This document shows, one piece after another, positions 47,407 to 62,069 of a DNA stretch of 64,000 bases (its first letter is position 1; each line of letters begins with the position of its first letter). Both the position numbers and the translations under genes were made by a program. This DNA comes from Vicugna vicugna. Taxonomy: Eukaryota. The stretch covers positions 186,001-250,000 of the forward strand of contig MU060561.1 of assembly GCA_013265495.1 (NCBI GenBank), given 5' to 3'. The notes below the pieces were generated by a model that was given only the letters and a program-made list of their open reading frames with translations, did no database searches and was not told the DNA's origin.

Positions 47407-48926
47407 CACTGAAGCAAGAAGAGGAGACTGAGGGGGATTTCCAGACAGCAGTGTGACCATGACCAACACAGATGCCCCTCCTAGAGCATTTAATTGCAGA
47501 AAATTGCCTTTGGCCTGCACAGTAGGATCTCTGACAGTTCCAGTCTTCACGGTGTTAGCTACCCTTTAATTAGTCATCACACTCCACACCCCGGTCATTG
47601 AGTTCATTGGACTAATGAGTGTTCCAAGGCTTGAAGAGATAGGTTCACTCAATAAGTAGAAAATTGAGCGCTACTACGTGAATTGCTCTATGCTAGACAT
47701 GGAGAGAGAAACATCTAAGACACTCCCCTTCTTCCTAAAATGTTGAAATCGAACCAGAGGAGGCAAAATATAAGTATGTGAAAGTTGTTTTGCTGTTGTT
47801 ATTGCTACGATTTAACTCTATGTGCTTAAATGAATGACTCAGACAAGCCGTTACTGAAATTCTGATTTTATTTAAAAATCAGAATAAAATACACTGGGCT
47901 CTCTGAGGTAGGGGTTGGGAAGTGGAGGGTGGGCCAGATTGGACAGGTGCACAGAGCATCCCAGAGGTGGTGAGCAGCCCAGGTGGACTGGAGGGGAAGA
48001 TTTGACTTGGAGAGCAGAGGTTGACGGGAGAAAGATGGTGGAGTGGGCCAAGACAGTGGCCTCCCTGCAGACACTGCGGAATCACGTGAGGGTCCTCCAG
48101 GGAAGAAACTTCACAGAGCCTGTGCTCTAGATGAAAGAGCAGGCTCTGTGTTGCATGAGGAGAACTGTGGGGGAGGCAGGTACCTGAGGGAGCCCCGAGC
48201 TACCTGAGCCCCTGTGCACCATAATCTCCCGCCATCTTGGTTAAGGATATCCATGGAGGCAAAGAGTCCCACTCTGCACACCACACTGGAGGTAAATAAA
48301 AAGCAGTACCATGGATAATGCCAAATGAACATAACTGACGTCACGTCTGCTTAGTTTGAGAACGGATACCAAAGTCTTTTCTCTCTAGTCCATTGGTCTT
48401 CTGACTCTTCCTGGACACAGTCAAGGGAACCAGCATTCTGTAGATCAAGGTCATTAATGGACAGAAGTTTGAAGGATTCTTGAAGGAAGCTTGAAGGGTA
48501 CTAAGACTTGGGGGTAAATCATGGCACTTTAGAAAGGGAAAGGACCCGAAACCTGAGTTCTCTGATTTCCCTTTGACAATGAGCTCAGAGCAGAAACCTC
48601 ATACTCTCAGCCTGTCTGAACCAGTTTGAAAGGAGCCTGTTTTTCCATCCTTGTCAAAAGTTAGCTAGCCTAAACAAGAGATTTCACCTGCTCTTCCCCC
48701 CTCTCTCTATGAAATTCTCTGAGTCCTGGGTTATCCAGTTCAACAGCAGGTGGGACATGCACCTGAAATCTGAGGCCAAGACACATGGCTGGGGGCACAG
48801 CGGGTGGGAGAGGATGTGCAGAGACTGAAGCAGAAAGTTCAGTGTTTGTAAGAAGGGAGAGGGGCAGCCTGGGCACAGAAGATGAGGGCAAGCACCCCAG
48901 ACCAAGAGCAGCTAAAGACTGTTTTG

Positions 48927-49038
48927 TAGGGTGACCAACTAGCCTACTTTGCCTGGGACTGAGGGGTTTTCCAAGATATGAGACTTTCCAGGCTACAAGC
49001 TGGACAGTTCTGGAGAACCTGAATGGCTGATCACGTTA
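48927..49038 (+). mobile_element. hAT-Blackjack MITE (MER81-like)
   Basis: TAGGGTGACCAACT...tttgcctgggactgaggggttttcc...gactttc...gatcacgtta matches the roughly 114-bp MER81 layout. Confidence 0.75.
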
Positions 49039-52000
49039 ACATCACCCACCATACTGCAGAGTAGAAAGTCCCAAATTCTCCAGTAGCTTATGGGCGTCGC
49101 TGAAGTAACATCGCTCCAAGTAAAACTTAAATACTCAAGCCATTCCCTGGTCTCTCTCCATCCCTACTAGTCATTTCCTCCCATCCCCAACACACGTGTG
49201 AACACGAACTCTCCAGATTATTAAGAAAACAGGGAGCCGGATGCCATCCATCAGATTCACTTCCACTCTCATTTATTCAAGTCCCGCTCTGTTACAAGGC
49301 GCCACACTGGGTGAAAACGCAGAAGGGCAGTCAGCATGGTCAAAATTTCCACTTCTTGGTGCCACGTCAGTGTAGAAGACATTGTGTAATAAGCCTCTAT
49401 TTATTAAAACTTAGCAGGGGATATTTAGTGACTGGAAACCTAACGATGGTTCCCTTATCACCACTGGCCTCAAAGAACTTTCTACTGGCCCTTCACGGCA
49501 CTTGTCCGCAATCCCCATCTCTGAGTCTCGGGCCTTCCCCACGTCCTCCCCTCAGCATCAGCATCTCTTCCTTTCTCCCTGCTGCGGTCCAGCTCCTGAA
49601 GGGCCTGACCAGCCTGCCCTCCTCAAGAGACAAACGTCAGCACAGTTTAGCCAAGTGGCTGCAGGGCCCTTACACAGCGCCTTTGTGCCAGTTACAAAAA
49701 GGCGCCTCTTCTGGGCAGATGCAGCCCTTTGCCGGGGTGTACAGCTGGATTTCAGCACCCACCTGCCCCCTTGCCAGGCCCTGGTGCTGCTCACAACCTT
49801 GCCTGAATCATGACATAGAGGTGAACTGGAGCCGGTAACCAGATTCCCCCTCCTCCCAAGGCGAGGGTCATCAGAGTCCTGGCTCCCTGCATCCCCACCC
49901 CGCCACCCAGCTCTCGCTGCTTCTCCAGGCCTGAGCTCTGTCTTCCAGTCCCAAGTCTTTTCCTCTCTGAGCCCCTGGGGGAAAGTGATGGTCCCTGGCT
50001 CCCACCGCTGCCCACTGCAGGCTCTGTCCTCTGGGAGCTCGGCCCAGCCCAGCTTCCCTCTGCCTTTGGGATCTGCAGACTAGCTTTCCACATCCCCAGC
50101 CTACGTGTCTTTTGCCTTCAGCACCCCTGGGTGTACCTCACTAAGCTTCTCATTCTCAGTTCTCACCCTGTCTTCCTACTCTGGTTCCTAAGCCTTTGAG
50201 GACCAGACAGACCCCCAGCCCTTCCGTACTCTAGTTCTCTTTCTCTCCTCTTTGAGAGAGAAAAGCTCTCTGGAGTCTTTACAACTCCACCCCACCCCCT
50301 GCTTAGTCATCGGCGGGAGCTTCCTCAGCTCAAAGGCACAGAGGTATGTGGAGGCAAGCCCCGTCTTGCTCTGGGAAGGACACGTTTGCTTCAATTTGCT
50401 CTTTTCAAAATACCACCAACCCCTATGCCCTTATTATGTCCGCCATCTCCTAACCTCAGACCCCCACCCCTACCCCAGCCGCTTCTGGAAGAAGTTTGTA
50501 AGGCATTTTCTGATCCCCAAACCCCTTTATCAAGTGACTCTTTTTTTGGAAGGAGAACAAGGAGGCTGAGGGAAATGCCTTAATCTTTTGATCATGGCTA
50601 TGAAGTCTCATGCTTGATCTGCCTCTTCCTTTGCCCATTTCCAAAGCAAACAAGAGGGCTGCGCAGCGGGCGGTAATTAAGCCAGTCATCACTAATGGCA
50701 TGCCCTGCATCTCCCACTCGAGCACCACGCAGCCCTGTCCAAGCAGGAGGGAGCGGCCCACCCTCACCCCATCCTGCAGGGAGAAGCCAGAGGGGGCTGG
50801 GGCTGGGGGGCATCTGCCTCTGGTGTCGGGGGGACAGGAGTTAGGAGAGGGACAGGAGAAAGCAAGGAACACGCAGGCAGGGCAGAAGCACCAAGGGGCC
50901 TGGATGGCCACAGGCAAGGTAGGAACTGGGAGGGAATCTGAAAGTAGGATGTGCAGAAAGAAGCATAAGAAATAAGAAGTGGTGTTTTAGGAAAAGGAAG
51001 CTAGAAAAAACTGGGCAGTGGGGAGGGAGGGGTTGGTCCTGAGGGGAGGAGCCAAAGGGTGGAGCGGGTGGAGGATGAGCCCCAAGGCTGGAGGCAGAAG
51101 CTTAGTCAGAGCCCTCCATGGACCCACGACAGGCATTTCCATCCAGCGCCAGCCTGGGTGGAAGGGATGAGTTACCTGCTGGCTACAAGGAACCTCCTCC
51201 CTGCTCTGCGGAAGCACCACCCTCCAGGATGTAAGCCTGCCCCAGATTTAGGGGCTCCAGCATGTGATAACACTGGCGCCTGAGGTCCTGACTTCTGAGC
51301 TCCCCCATCTGGAGCCCCTTTGAAAAGTTTCATCCATCTTCCCTTGCGGAGAAGGAGGCCCAGGGACCAAGCCCCCATCTCCCCAGAGTCATGGGCCCCC
51401 TACTGAAGCAAGTAGGATGTTATGTCTCAGCTACAAGGTGTGACACACAGCTGTGGATTCAGGAGTCTGGTTGTGAAAAGATCCTGCAGATCAGAGATGG
51501 GGGAGGGTGAGAGCCACCAGGAACAGTGTGAAGTCTGAGCCAGCGAGCACAGAGGACCGGGGCACACAGGCTCCCAGTTAAGGGGAAGGAAAGAGAGGGG
51601 TAGCATGGAGCAAGGTGGGGGGCTGCATGCCAAAGCAGAGAGCCAAGGAGAGGGCCGAGAGGGACCAGCAGCCATGGGAGAGAACCTTCTGGAAATGGAT
51701 GTGGGGTGGGAGAAAGCAGGAAGAGTTGCTGGCCTGGGATCGGAATTGAGCTGGAAGCTAGCCTGACGCAGGTGTAGACATGGTAGATCATTGGTTGAGG
51801 GCTTGCTCTGTACATTTCATCCTCACACCAATCCTGCAAAATAAATACTCTTATTTTCCCACTTTATACACAAGGAGACAGAGGAGCAGGGAGACTGATT
51901 TGCCCGCGTTATAAATGGAGAAAGGAACAAACTCTTGCTGCCCGCAAAGTGTATGTCCCTACAGACTGGATGAATTCCTACTCAGAGGTCCCTTCCAGCC

Positions 52001-52626
52001 TGGATCCACTGAGCCATGGTTCTTTCAGGTCTGCTGAGTTGGGAACAGCTTTAACCTGGAACTTAGTGCTGCAACTGGAGTTCCAGCAGAAAGGATCTGG
52101 ACTCCCCGACAGCCCTCCTAGAGATGGATGGATGTGCAGTAAGAAGGAGGGGTTATAGCAATGAGCCTCTGAGAGGGACCAGATCTACCAGGGGTGTAAT
52201 GTGGATGGATACCCACCAGGGAGGGAGGGGTGGCCGGGGCAGTGGAAATGGGTCTGCCGGAGAGGAGAGACCCTCAGCGTCTCTGCTAGTCCATGAAGCA
52301 CCTGCCGAGCGTGAGTGCAAGGGCTGAGGGATGGTGCCAGAGACAGACTGATCATCCTACCAGCAGCTGTAGACCTGAGGTGGCAGAAGAGGTGGAGGCC
52401 CTGGAAGGGAAACTGGAGGCAGCCGGTAAAGGGCAGCTCAAACCTCAGAGCAGCTGCCAAATGTGACCTAAAACATCTTTAAGACTCTCCCAGTCTCCAA
52501 CAAGTCATGACCCCTGCACCTCCTCCAGGAAGCCTTCCCAGACCATATGCAGTTCTGATCCTTTCCTTCTGTAGCCCCTTGGCTGTGCCTCGCCAGTGCC
52601 TCCATACCTGGACCATCCACTGCATT

Positions 52627-52646
52627 AGAGAGAGAGAGAGAGAGAG
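52627..52646. repeat. (AG)10 microsatellite
   Basis: Perfect dinucleotide run. Confidence 0.95.
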
Positions 52647-54970
52647 ACACCTCAGAGGCTCTCCCCCCACCCCACCCCTGCAGCCAGGACAGGAGTTTGC
52701 ACACAGTGCAGGTGGGGCTGGGGGGCAGTATTGCTGAAGGATGGGGGCTCTCATTCCCAGGACCTCTGAATCAGCACCAAGATTCTCAGGTGTCCAGTGT
52801 GGAAGAGCTATCTGAAAGCCCTGAATTCTCTGACTAGCGCTGAGGAGGTTCAGGCAGCAGCAACACCAGCGCCAGCCCCCACGGCAATTCTGTGAGAGAG
52901 AGGTGGGGGAGACAGGAGTCAGGACCAGGGCAACATGGCTGCTGAGACCAGCCTGAGCATGCCAGGGAGGGAAACAGCATCCCCTCCAGCTGGCAGCTCT
53001 GCTGGTGGGCACAAATCCTTTCCAAGTTCATCCCACACCCTCTCCGTTTTAGGGAAAAATCTTTCCTCCAGAGCCAGAGATGGAAGGTGCAGTACCTGGG
53101 GCTGACAGCAGAGGGCAGTGGATGCACAAAATACAGGCACCGGGGAGTCACTCTTTCTGCTTGGAAATCAGCAGTTGGTGGCTGAATGGGAATGTGTGTC
53201 AATGAACAGACCCAGTGCTGGTCCTGGCCCTGCACTTAGTCCATCGAGCCAAGTTTCCACAGCAGGACTGTGCCCGACCCAGAGCACAGCGGGCAAACAC
53301 AAAAGTCCCCATGAACACGCATTAATAGTAATTATTATAATAACAACTAACATCTATCGGCTGCAAACTATATTCTAGGCATTTCCGTTATCCATTTTCA
53401 TATTTTCAGCTCTCCTCTACAGCGAAAACTTTGACAGGCAATGAGGCATCGTGCCTAGAAGAGTGGACTCTATGCCTTCCTGCGGCAAACCGAGTGCAGC
53501 CTGTGAGCCAGACAGAGGGCCCTGGAATAGAGGGAGGGGCTGTGAGGGGTGAGAGGAGGGGACAGACATGTGCACAGCTAATGTGACACCAGGAAAATAA
53601 AGCACCAACTGTAATCCAGGTTCGGGAACAGTGCTGTGGATGTGCAGGGCCCCAATCCCCACCCTGCTGCTCACCAGCGCTGTGAACTTGGGGCAGAGCA
53701 CTTAGCCATCCGGGCCGCCCTTTGCTCGCCTATGAAGTGGAGGCCTTGGGGGAGTGGTTGGGCCACTAGCTCTAATGTTCCTTCCCATTTAATGCTGGAT
53801 AACTTGAAGGAGTCCACCTGGGGGGAACAGAAAATGCATGCCCATGGGAGGCGGCATTTCAGCAGGGCCACAAAGGAGGTGTGGCTGTCAGTAAATGGAA
53901 AGTGGGCATCTGAGGTTGAAAAGTCATCTTTGCCAAGGTCCTGGGCTGTGAAAAGCCCTGGCCTGCAGGAAGGAAGACTGGAGTGTGAGGCTGGAGAATG
54001 ATGGGGCGGAGAAGGGGCCATGGGCCTTGAATGCCACCCTCATATGAGGCTTATCCTTGGAAGGTGAGCTCGCCCTCAACTCTCCTGTTTTGCACCTTGC
54101 TCAAGGCAATGGTGCTAAATGCTCCTGAGAAAACAGTCTTACAGAAACACGCATGCGCTTCAAAGAGCACCCTTCTTACTCCACTTAATCTTTCTTACAG
54201 CCGCCATCACTACCTGACAGTGTGTCGTGTGTCTCTTTGCTGGTTGCTTAGTTTTATTGTCTAACGTAGAGACTGGGAGCTCTGTGAGGACAGGCTGTGT
54301 GCACCTGCTTGCTTGCTCCAGTCTTCCCAGGGCCAGAGCCGTGGCCCGCTCGCTAAAGCCTGGTCCAGTGAGCCACTGCTCTGCAGACATAACAGACACA
54401 GACCCACAAGGTGAACGTGCAGGCCTCCAACTTATAGTGGAAAGGAATTGGCTGGAAAAAGAGGAAAGCAGGGCCAGTGTAGGGGAACAGGACCAGGTGG
54501 TGGGTAGGCAGGAGAGTCAGGAGGAAAGGAAAAGAAAGGAGTGATCGCTCTGGCAACAGGAGGCAGGTGGGGTGGGACACTGTGGGAGCTTTTGAGAAGG
54601 GGAACAGGAGGCCACTCCGAAGCTCGAACGCCTGACAGTCCTGGGTGATGGCTCCTTGATCTCAGCGGCCTGAGCCTCTTGGTGTCGGGGATGATAGCTC
54701 CTGTCTTGCAGGCCGTTGTGGAGAGGCGCCCCGGTGTGCTGGGAACCCCAAGCCTGCCCGGAGGCGCGTCAGTAACAAATCTTAGCTGTTTACAAGGAGC
54801 AGCTGTCACCCAATGCCTACCTGGCCAGGAGCAGACGGCAAAGATCCGTGTCAGGCCAGGGACCCTGAAGGAAGCAAGAGCTGGGCCAAGAAAAGTTGGA
54901 CAGGGCAGCTCAGATGTCGACATCCCTGGCAACAGATTCGACAGCACACAGAATCCACTGGCATTGACCA

Positions 54971-54976
54971 TTTATT
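54971..54976 (-). terminator. KRT72 polyadenylation signal
   Basis: TTTATT about 400 nt downstream of the KRT72 stop codon. Confidence 0.65.
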
Positions 54977-55368
54977 GTGGGGGAAGCAGGACCTAGACAT
55001 GACCCCAGTCAGAGGACAATGAGAGCCCCTTGGCTGTGAAGACGCAGAAAGGCACAGGGACAGAGGGGCTGGCCCCTGGCTGCAGGGAAGCATCCTGGGT
55101 ATGTGTGTTATACCTGCATTGGAGGCAGGGACCCAGTGAAAGGTGATCGAGGAGGAGAGCTCACCAAGAGAGCCCACAGCTGGACCTCCTGCACCAGGGC
55201 ACCGCCCTGCTGAGGGCAACAGGAAGAGGGGATGGGACTGGGATTGTGGTTACAGAAGAAGCGCTTTCCTGACTTGGGAAGGGGACCCAGGGGAGGAGAT
55301 GAGGACAGCGGGAGGAGACAGATGGAGTCTGCAGCTCTGTGCTCGCAGAGCCAGCCGTCGCCTGCCCT

Positions 55369-58300
55369 TCATCTCGAAGCCTTTTTGGTTGCACAGCTGC
55401 CACCTGAGGTTTTAGCAGGGAGAGCCTTGAACTCGCTGCCGCAGCTGCCTTTGGTTTTGACATCCACCGCCGAGGCTTTGTAGCTGTAACCAGTTGAGGT
55501 GCCAAAGCCCACGCTGAAGCCAGGCCCTCCTGCCCCGGGGCTGGTGTTGCTGATGACGGCTGCAACGGACGAGAGAAGACCCAGCCCGGTCAGCCTCTTG
55601 GGGCATCCTGACTTCTCCCTTAGTTCTCCCTTGGGGTGGCTTCACATGGCAACACAGTCTCCATTGGGTATTTTTAGTTTAGTAAGAAATCTGCATCAGC
55701 ACCAGCACGAGTCATTTTTCATGTACTTGGTCCCATGTGTTTGACCTTTCCGTAATTCGTCTGTGTCAATCTGTCAATATCGGGCTGTATGCATTAGCAA
55801 GCTCTGTCAGTGACGTTTCCCCCGGGGCAGGGCCAGATGAAGAAAGGCACTTCACAGAGGCCTTCTGATGCTGCTGCTGAAGAATGGGCTGCTGGGAGTA
55901 TCCCTGCCTCTCACAGTAGAGCACCTCCCCTGCACTGACTCTAGCTTTTCACTCTGGAGGAGGTTATTTCTGCCTTTTCATCATTCACCCTTTCAGGCGC
56001 CCCTCAATCCCTCTTACTGCAATCGAGCGCCTTTTCTATGGACTGGCCTCAACAGAAATAGCTTGGAGTCATTAGGCATCATTCTCACAACAGAACTTTG
56101 GATTATATCCTGTTGGGTGTCACTTGATCTTTCTATAGGTTACACTTTTATATTTCATGATATTATTTTCCTCCTTGGTTACTAAAGCCAGCCCTCTCTG
56201 TGTCCCTAAGGCTCCCCTGAACCCACTCTGTTATTCTGTTATTCTGACTTCTCTTTGGTGTCGTGGAATTAGAGAGACAGACTTCTGGTCGGGGACAAGG
56301 GTAGAACCAGCATCCTGCAGATACTCACAGATGCTCACGGAATTTGGATATTCACCAGACATCCTGAAGAGGGAGAAGAAAAGCAGATAAACCCTCCATA
56401 AACCATCACCCCATTGATCCAGGGAATCACCTCTGTGAATCAGCCTCTCTTCTCAGACGTACCACCTCCCACCCCAGCCCAGCCTCCTTTCTTCCCAAAC
56501 ACCCCAGGGGGACCTCTCAAGAAACCTCTCAAGAATATGGGCTACAAGGAGGCAGCTCTCCTTCAAAGTGGCTTTGGGAGTATCTGATACGTGGGACAGT
56601 TGTGCCTCTGCTTCTGGCCAGTGATGTCATTGGTCTTAGACGATCAAGAGGAATGAGCTCACATCGTCACTGGGACTTAGGCTTTTCGAGAGTAACCTTG
56701 AACTTGGGTGACTCTTGGAGGCCATTTTGCCCTGTCCCCCCTTAAGAATGCATCATGAAGGGTCAGGAATGTTCTATTTACTAATTTCTCTAATTCCTCT
56801 CCTACCACTTTGGGATTTTTACAATCCAGTCCCTCTTGCAGTCTAACTTTGCTCTTTCTTACTGTACCATTTCAAGACCATTCTCTATAAGATTTTATCT
56901 CAGTAGTACCTGAACAAAACCAAACTGTTTGCCTTCAACCTCCCTACTAAAGCACAGAGAGGATGCTCCAGACAATAGATACCCTCCGACCCTCACCGGC
57001 ACTCCTCGCCCTCCAGCAGCTTGCGGTAGGTGGCGATCTCCACGTCCAGGGCCAGCTTGGTGCTCATCAGCTCTTGGTATTCCCGCAGCATCCGAGCCAG
57101 CTCCTCCTTGGACTGATGCAGGGCAGCCTCTAGCTCGTCGAGCTTGGCCCGGGCGTCCTTCAGGGCACAGTTGCCCCGCTGCTCGGCGTCGGCGATGGCC
57201 ATCTCCAGGTTGGAACACTGAGGAGCAAATGGATTCAGTGCTTTGGGTCAGAGCACAATGCTGAGAATCTGCTCAGAAGACCTCATTAGGTCCTGACTGA
57301 CAGTAAATGCTTTGAGGTCCTCCTGGTTTCTCCATCTTTGGACATCACTAGAGGTGAATTCTGCATGTGAAGGTGGAGTGTCCTTCCTCGGGAGAGAGGA
57401 GGGACGGAGGGACGGAGAAGGTGACGACCTGGGAGCCTGGCCCCACCCTCCCTCCTGGTCTATAACCTCGACTGTAAGATTCTAACGCCTACCCTGTAAA
57501 GTCTCTGGGTCACTAGCTTTAATTTTGCCCCACAGTGTGAAGGTTGTCTTGGGAGATACAATAAGTTGTGGGGGAAAAAAAAAACCTGGGGACCAAAAAG
57601 TGCCTATTAATAAAAGGTCTGTCCAATAAAGCTACCACACTGAGAATCTGGCCTCTAAAATCCCCAGAGGATCATGCCACCGGGCACAGCCTTAAAAGAT
57701 ACTTTTGCATAACTGACACGTTCTACAAGTTTACAAACATCACTGTTAGGTGTTGCTTACAGAAGAAAACTGCAGGTGAGGTGCAGCGATGCGTCCACCT
57801 GAAATCTGGGGGGAGGAAGGTGCTTCTGGAGTCTTTCAGTCTTCGGTGTGTGTTCTGGTCACTGGACTAAAGTTTTAGTGGGATCAAAGTCTTCTTTTTC
57901 CAGTGTGTCCCCTTCTTCTGAAGTCAAATTTGCTTCACCCCAAAGAGCGCAGCTGATCCCAAGGCCAGATGGAATTTTTGACTGTTATCTGGCCAATGCC
58001 ACCCTCCTCTTCCAGGCAGGCCCCCAGCCGTGCAAGCACCCATAGTGGTTTGGGGGAGTGGCTCACAGCCTCAGCAGAAATGCCTAAAACCCAGCTTCCT
58101 AACCATCAAAAAGCAAGTTTCATCCTCAGGGCTGCGGGGATCTAAGTATTCAAGGCGGCGGCAGTAAGCTCTACGACCTGAGTTCAGCCAACCTGTCCTT
58201 TGCCCTGCACTGCCCCAGACCCTGCAGGTGAACCTGGGGGACTCCGGAAGCTTGGGTCTTGTGAGCCCCCAAGAGGAGCTGCCCTGGGGACCGAGCATCG

Positions 58301-61300
58301 AGAGTGATTCCCAATGGCTCCCCCATGGAGGACATCTCCCCTGACCTCCAAAGCACAGTGGCATTCTCATCGCAAAAAGTCACTTGCTGCTCATAAGCTC
58401 ACCCAGCCGTGACCATGTAGCATTTTAGCAGAAAAATATGGTGAAATATGGTGATTGGGTACCAAAGGTAGCTTCAAACATCTGGTGATTTTCTTTCACT
58501 TATGCAGAATTTGATTAAATAAAAACACCAGAGGTTCTTATTTAATCTGCTCTTATTTCTCTGCACTGCCTTGAGCCTACTGCACTGAGGAGGGAGATGT
58601 GTGCGTATGTGTGTGTGGCGCACAGAGAGGGAGGAAGTGGTACAGGGGAAGGGCAAGGAGATGGATGACTTGATTGCCCAAGAAGCTGAGACCCTAAATC
58701 CTTGCACCGGCCTCCACAAACTCTGGGAAACTCATGGGTTCGCTTGCTTCGGAATCACAGGTACGGCCCCAATAATGTGCCCCTGTGGGTGGCACGCGGT
58801 GTGGGCGCCCCCACAGCACGACCACCAGGAGAGGCAAACCCAGAGCATAGCCCCTGGGCCACGTCTAGCCTGAGAGGCTCTTCCTTCCCAGCTTTTTCCT
58901 AAAATTCACCCTGGTGTAACCCCACCTGCTCGAGGAGGCCCCACTCCGGTCCTCACTCAGCCAGAGCCCCCTGGAGCCCTGCAGCACTCACAGCGCGAGC
59001 TGTCCAGAGCGGGGGGCTTCATCCTTCCCTAGGAGTCCCGACTGCTCCCTCATCCCGAACTGTAAACTCCTGAAGGAGGACCCTTGTCTGCCTTTTCTCC
59101 ATAGTTGGTCTCATACTGATTGGTGCTCAACAAACCCTAGGAGTGAACTCATTTCATCCAACCCACCTGCTTCTTCACATTCCCGATCTCCGAGCGGAGC
59201 CTCTGGATCAGCCGGTTGAGATCTGAGATCTCAGCCTTGGTGAGTTTGAGGTCATCCCCATGCTGGCCGGCCGTGACCTGCAGCTCCTGAATCTGAGGTT
59301 GGGGGGTCAGAGACAAGGAGCACAGGACGGTTGAGAATTCACCCACTAAGGGTTTTCCAGGAGGGGGAGGGGGACCGCATGCAGTTCTCTTTATCCAAGC
59401 TGCACAGGCGCAAGAGAAGGAGGGAGGGTGGGGGAAAGGGGGAAGACAGCCCTTTCCTTCTGGGTAGGCAGGCCCTGCCCCAGGTCAGCAGGTACCCCAA
59501 TTGTCAAATGTGCGAGCCTTGGTGGAGTCTGAATTTCCTGTCCTCACTTCAACAAAACTGGAAACAGAAGAAAAGCTGAGACAGGTGGATTAGCCACAAA
59601 AACAGCGCCAGAATCTTATCAGGGTTGTGGCTTGTGTGGCCTCAGCTGTCATCAAGGGCCATGGCAGGGGAAGGGCTAAACCCCTATATGTCCTCAACAC
59701 ATGCCAAGACTATGGTTGATCTCTCAGGATCACAGGAAGGCATTTCCACAAGGCCCAGCTCCAAGAGGAAGGAAGTCCCTGCCCAGCCCAAAGATGCACG
59801 CACACACAGAAGCACCTGCATGCGAGCATGCACACACGACAGCAGGGGGCAGCTGTGGTCACTGGGCCTTGGCACACCTGGCACTCGGCCCACCTTGGTC
59901 TGGTACAGCGCCTCGGCCTCGGCCTTGCTCTTCAGCGCGATCTCCTCGTACTGGGCGCGGACCTCGGCGATGATGCTGTCCAGGTCCAGGTCCCGGTTGT
60001 TGTCCATAGACAGGACGACAGATGTGTCGCTGATGTGGGACTGGATCTGAGCGATCTCCTGGGGGACAGTTAGGGGAGCAGAGCCAGTTCAAGGGCTCCC
60101 ATGAGGGAGGATCTTCTCTGGATCCTTCTTGGCAAATTCACTCCCACCTCCCCGCCCCTTCCTGCCCTTCCTTGGCATTTGAACTCTGCCTTCAGCAGAT
60201 CCTCGGAGTGCCAGTGCCCACGGGTGTGAGATGAACGCATGCAGCTCCCGGCCCTAGCGTGGGACCGCCCTCTCCATCGTGCACTCAGGGCTGCTCCCAC
60301 CCTAGTCCACTCCCTCTGCAGCAATGGCCACCCTTCACCTGTGGAATCAGTCTGAACTCCTTACGTGGCACTCAGCATCCTCTACGAAGTCGCCAACAAC
60401 CTCCCCTTCTCTGGGCCTCTCATGCTGCAGCGCAGCTCTGGCCTCCAGATCTCCCCTTGCTCTGCTCCTTCAGGCCAGGGCATCGTGCCCTTCCCAGCAC
60501 CTCGGACACCTTGCACAGCTTTCTCCAGGACCCTTCTCTGACAGCTCGGGCAGAGCTCACCATTCCTTCCACTGCTCTGCTAAAGCTCCCTACATGCTGT
60601 TTCCCTGCCAGGCTGCAGATTTCTGGAGATAGGAATCGTTTCTTCTCCATCACATTCTCCTCTGAGCCTACCCCACTGCTCAGCACATAGTAGGGCCTCA
60701 GCAAATGGCAGCTGTACTGAGTCCAAAGGTCCCTCTGCCAACCTTTGGTCCACACAACCGTCCAAGCCAAGGGCCAGAAGCTACTTATAAGAGGAGCAGG
60801 GCACCCCAGAGAGGTCAGGGATGACCTTACCCCTTCATAGAGGCACTTGAAGAATTTGATCTCCTCTGTCAAGGCGTCCACCTTGGCCTGGAGCTCAGCC
60901 TTGTTCATGTAGGCCGCATCCACGTCCTGGGGAAGACAGAGAGGGGCCAGCTGCCTCCCTGTATCCTCCCTCCTGCCACCAGGAGCCCTAGGTTCCCTGC
61001 TCTCTCCACTCCCCCACCCCATGCTTCAATGGGAGGCCCAATCCCTGAGAGCAAACGCAACCAATGAGCAGGGCAATGGCCGCACCAGAAGTATGGCCAG
61101 TGCCTGGGTCTAGAAGGATCTGGGAGCAGCTCCATCCCAGGCAAGAGACTTGGAGAGGAGTGGGCAATTACAATCCTAGTCGCCCCTGCCTGAGGGACTA
61201 AGTGACCCATAAGGTCCCTTCCCTCAGCCGACGAACAGCACTGTCCTGGGCGCTGAGGGAGCCTCTGGGCTGCTTCCAGCCCTTCCTGCTCCACTCTTAC

Positions 61301-61361
61301 CTTCTTGAGCACCACAAACTCGTTCTCAGCAGCTGTGCGTCTGTTAATCTCCACCTCGTAC
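55369..61361 (-). CDS. KRT72: Keratin, type II cytoskeletal 72 (K6irs2), exons 3-9 (5' part outside the window)
   Basis: Exons 61361-61301 (61), 60926-60831 (96), 60058-59894 (165), 59292-59167 (126; [23 protein letters not shown]), 57217-56997 (221), 56363-56329 (35; [11 protein letters not shown]), 55559-55369 (tail ...[11 protein letters not shown]...[12 protein letters not shown]). All GT-AG and in frame. Peptides fit KRT72. Confidence 0.93.
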
Positions 61362-62069
61362 CTGTGTGGGGTGAGAGAAAGGAGACAGCGTTGCCGCTGG
61401 GATAGGTCAGTTCCGCAGACGCTGCCTGAGCAGTCAGTGAACGCCTCTGTGCCCGCAGCTGTGGGACAGTGGTCTGCAAATTGGGCACGATGTATCCCCG
61501 GGGCACGCAGAGCCTTCCCAAAGGGGATGGGAAGAACAGGCTTCAGGGAATCAACGTCCAGCTCCTTTGCTGACAGGCAGCCTGCCCTGCAGTGCATCTG
61601 CCTGGGCCTCACCATGTGCCTTAGCCCAGGGGGCAAAGCCTCCCAGGCACCAACAGAACACTATCCCCACCTTCAAGCTGTACGTTCTACTTGTTTCTGA
61701 CAGAGTTCTGTGCCAGGTAAAGCAGGGTCTTAGAAATACATCCAGACAGATGGGAATGGGATGGTCTTAATCCACAGATATTCCAGCTTGGGGAGAGGTA
61801 AGAGTATTGATCATTGCCCTTACAGACCTCACTATTCCATCCCTCACTATTGTCAAAAAGCATATTACAGGACATTTGTGAGAACAAACAGAAGAGAGCA
61901 TTGGAAAGAAGTAAGTCATGCTAGAAAAGAGCTTTTTGCATGTACTTTGACATGAGCGATTCTTTCCAGCTTTTACTCCTTCCTAAGGCACTGGTTGCCA
62001 AGAAAGAATTTGTTGAATGGTTGAAGTAGTACACTTTCGTGAAGTGGGTTATTTCAAATGTGACTGGAA

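Noticed and set aside
35217-47841. Scattered AP-1 sites (TGACTCA at 35217, 36033, 47835)
   Set aside because: Single 7-mers at background frequency, one of them inside a transposon.
49272-49405. Two minus-strand AATAAA signals suggesting the 3' end of another lost gene
   Set aside because: No keratin exon relics were found between here and KRT72, and hexamer hits at this density are expected by chance.
52380-52440. EVEALEGKLEAA peptide on the plus strand resembling coil 1B
   Set aside because: Isolated, on the opposite strand, purine-rich and without flanking similarity.
60905-61636. 243-aa ORF, and similar long ORFs at 60420-61022, 25727-26413, 42668-43132 and 17622-18206
   Set aside because: These are keratin exons read through into GC-rich introns or UTR, or antisense shadows, not independent genes.
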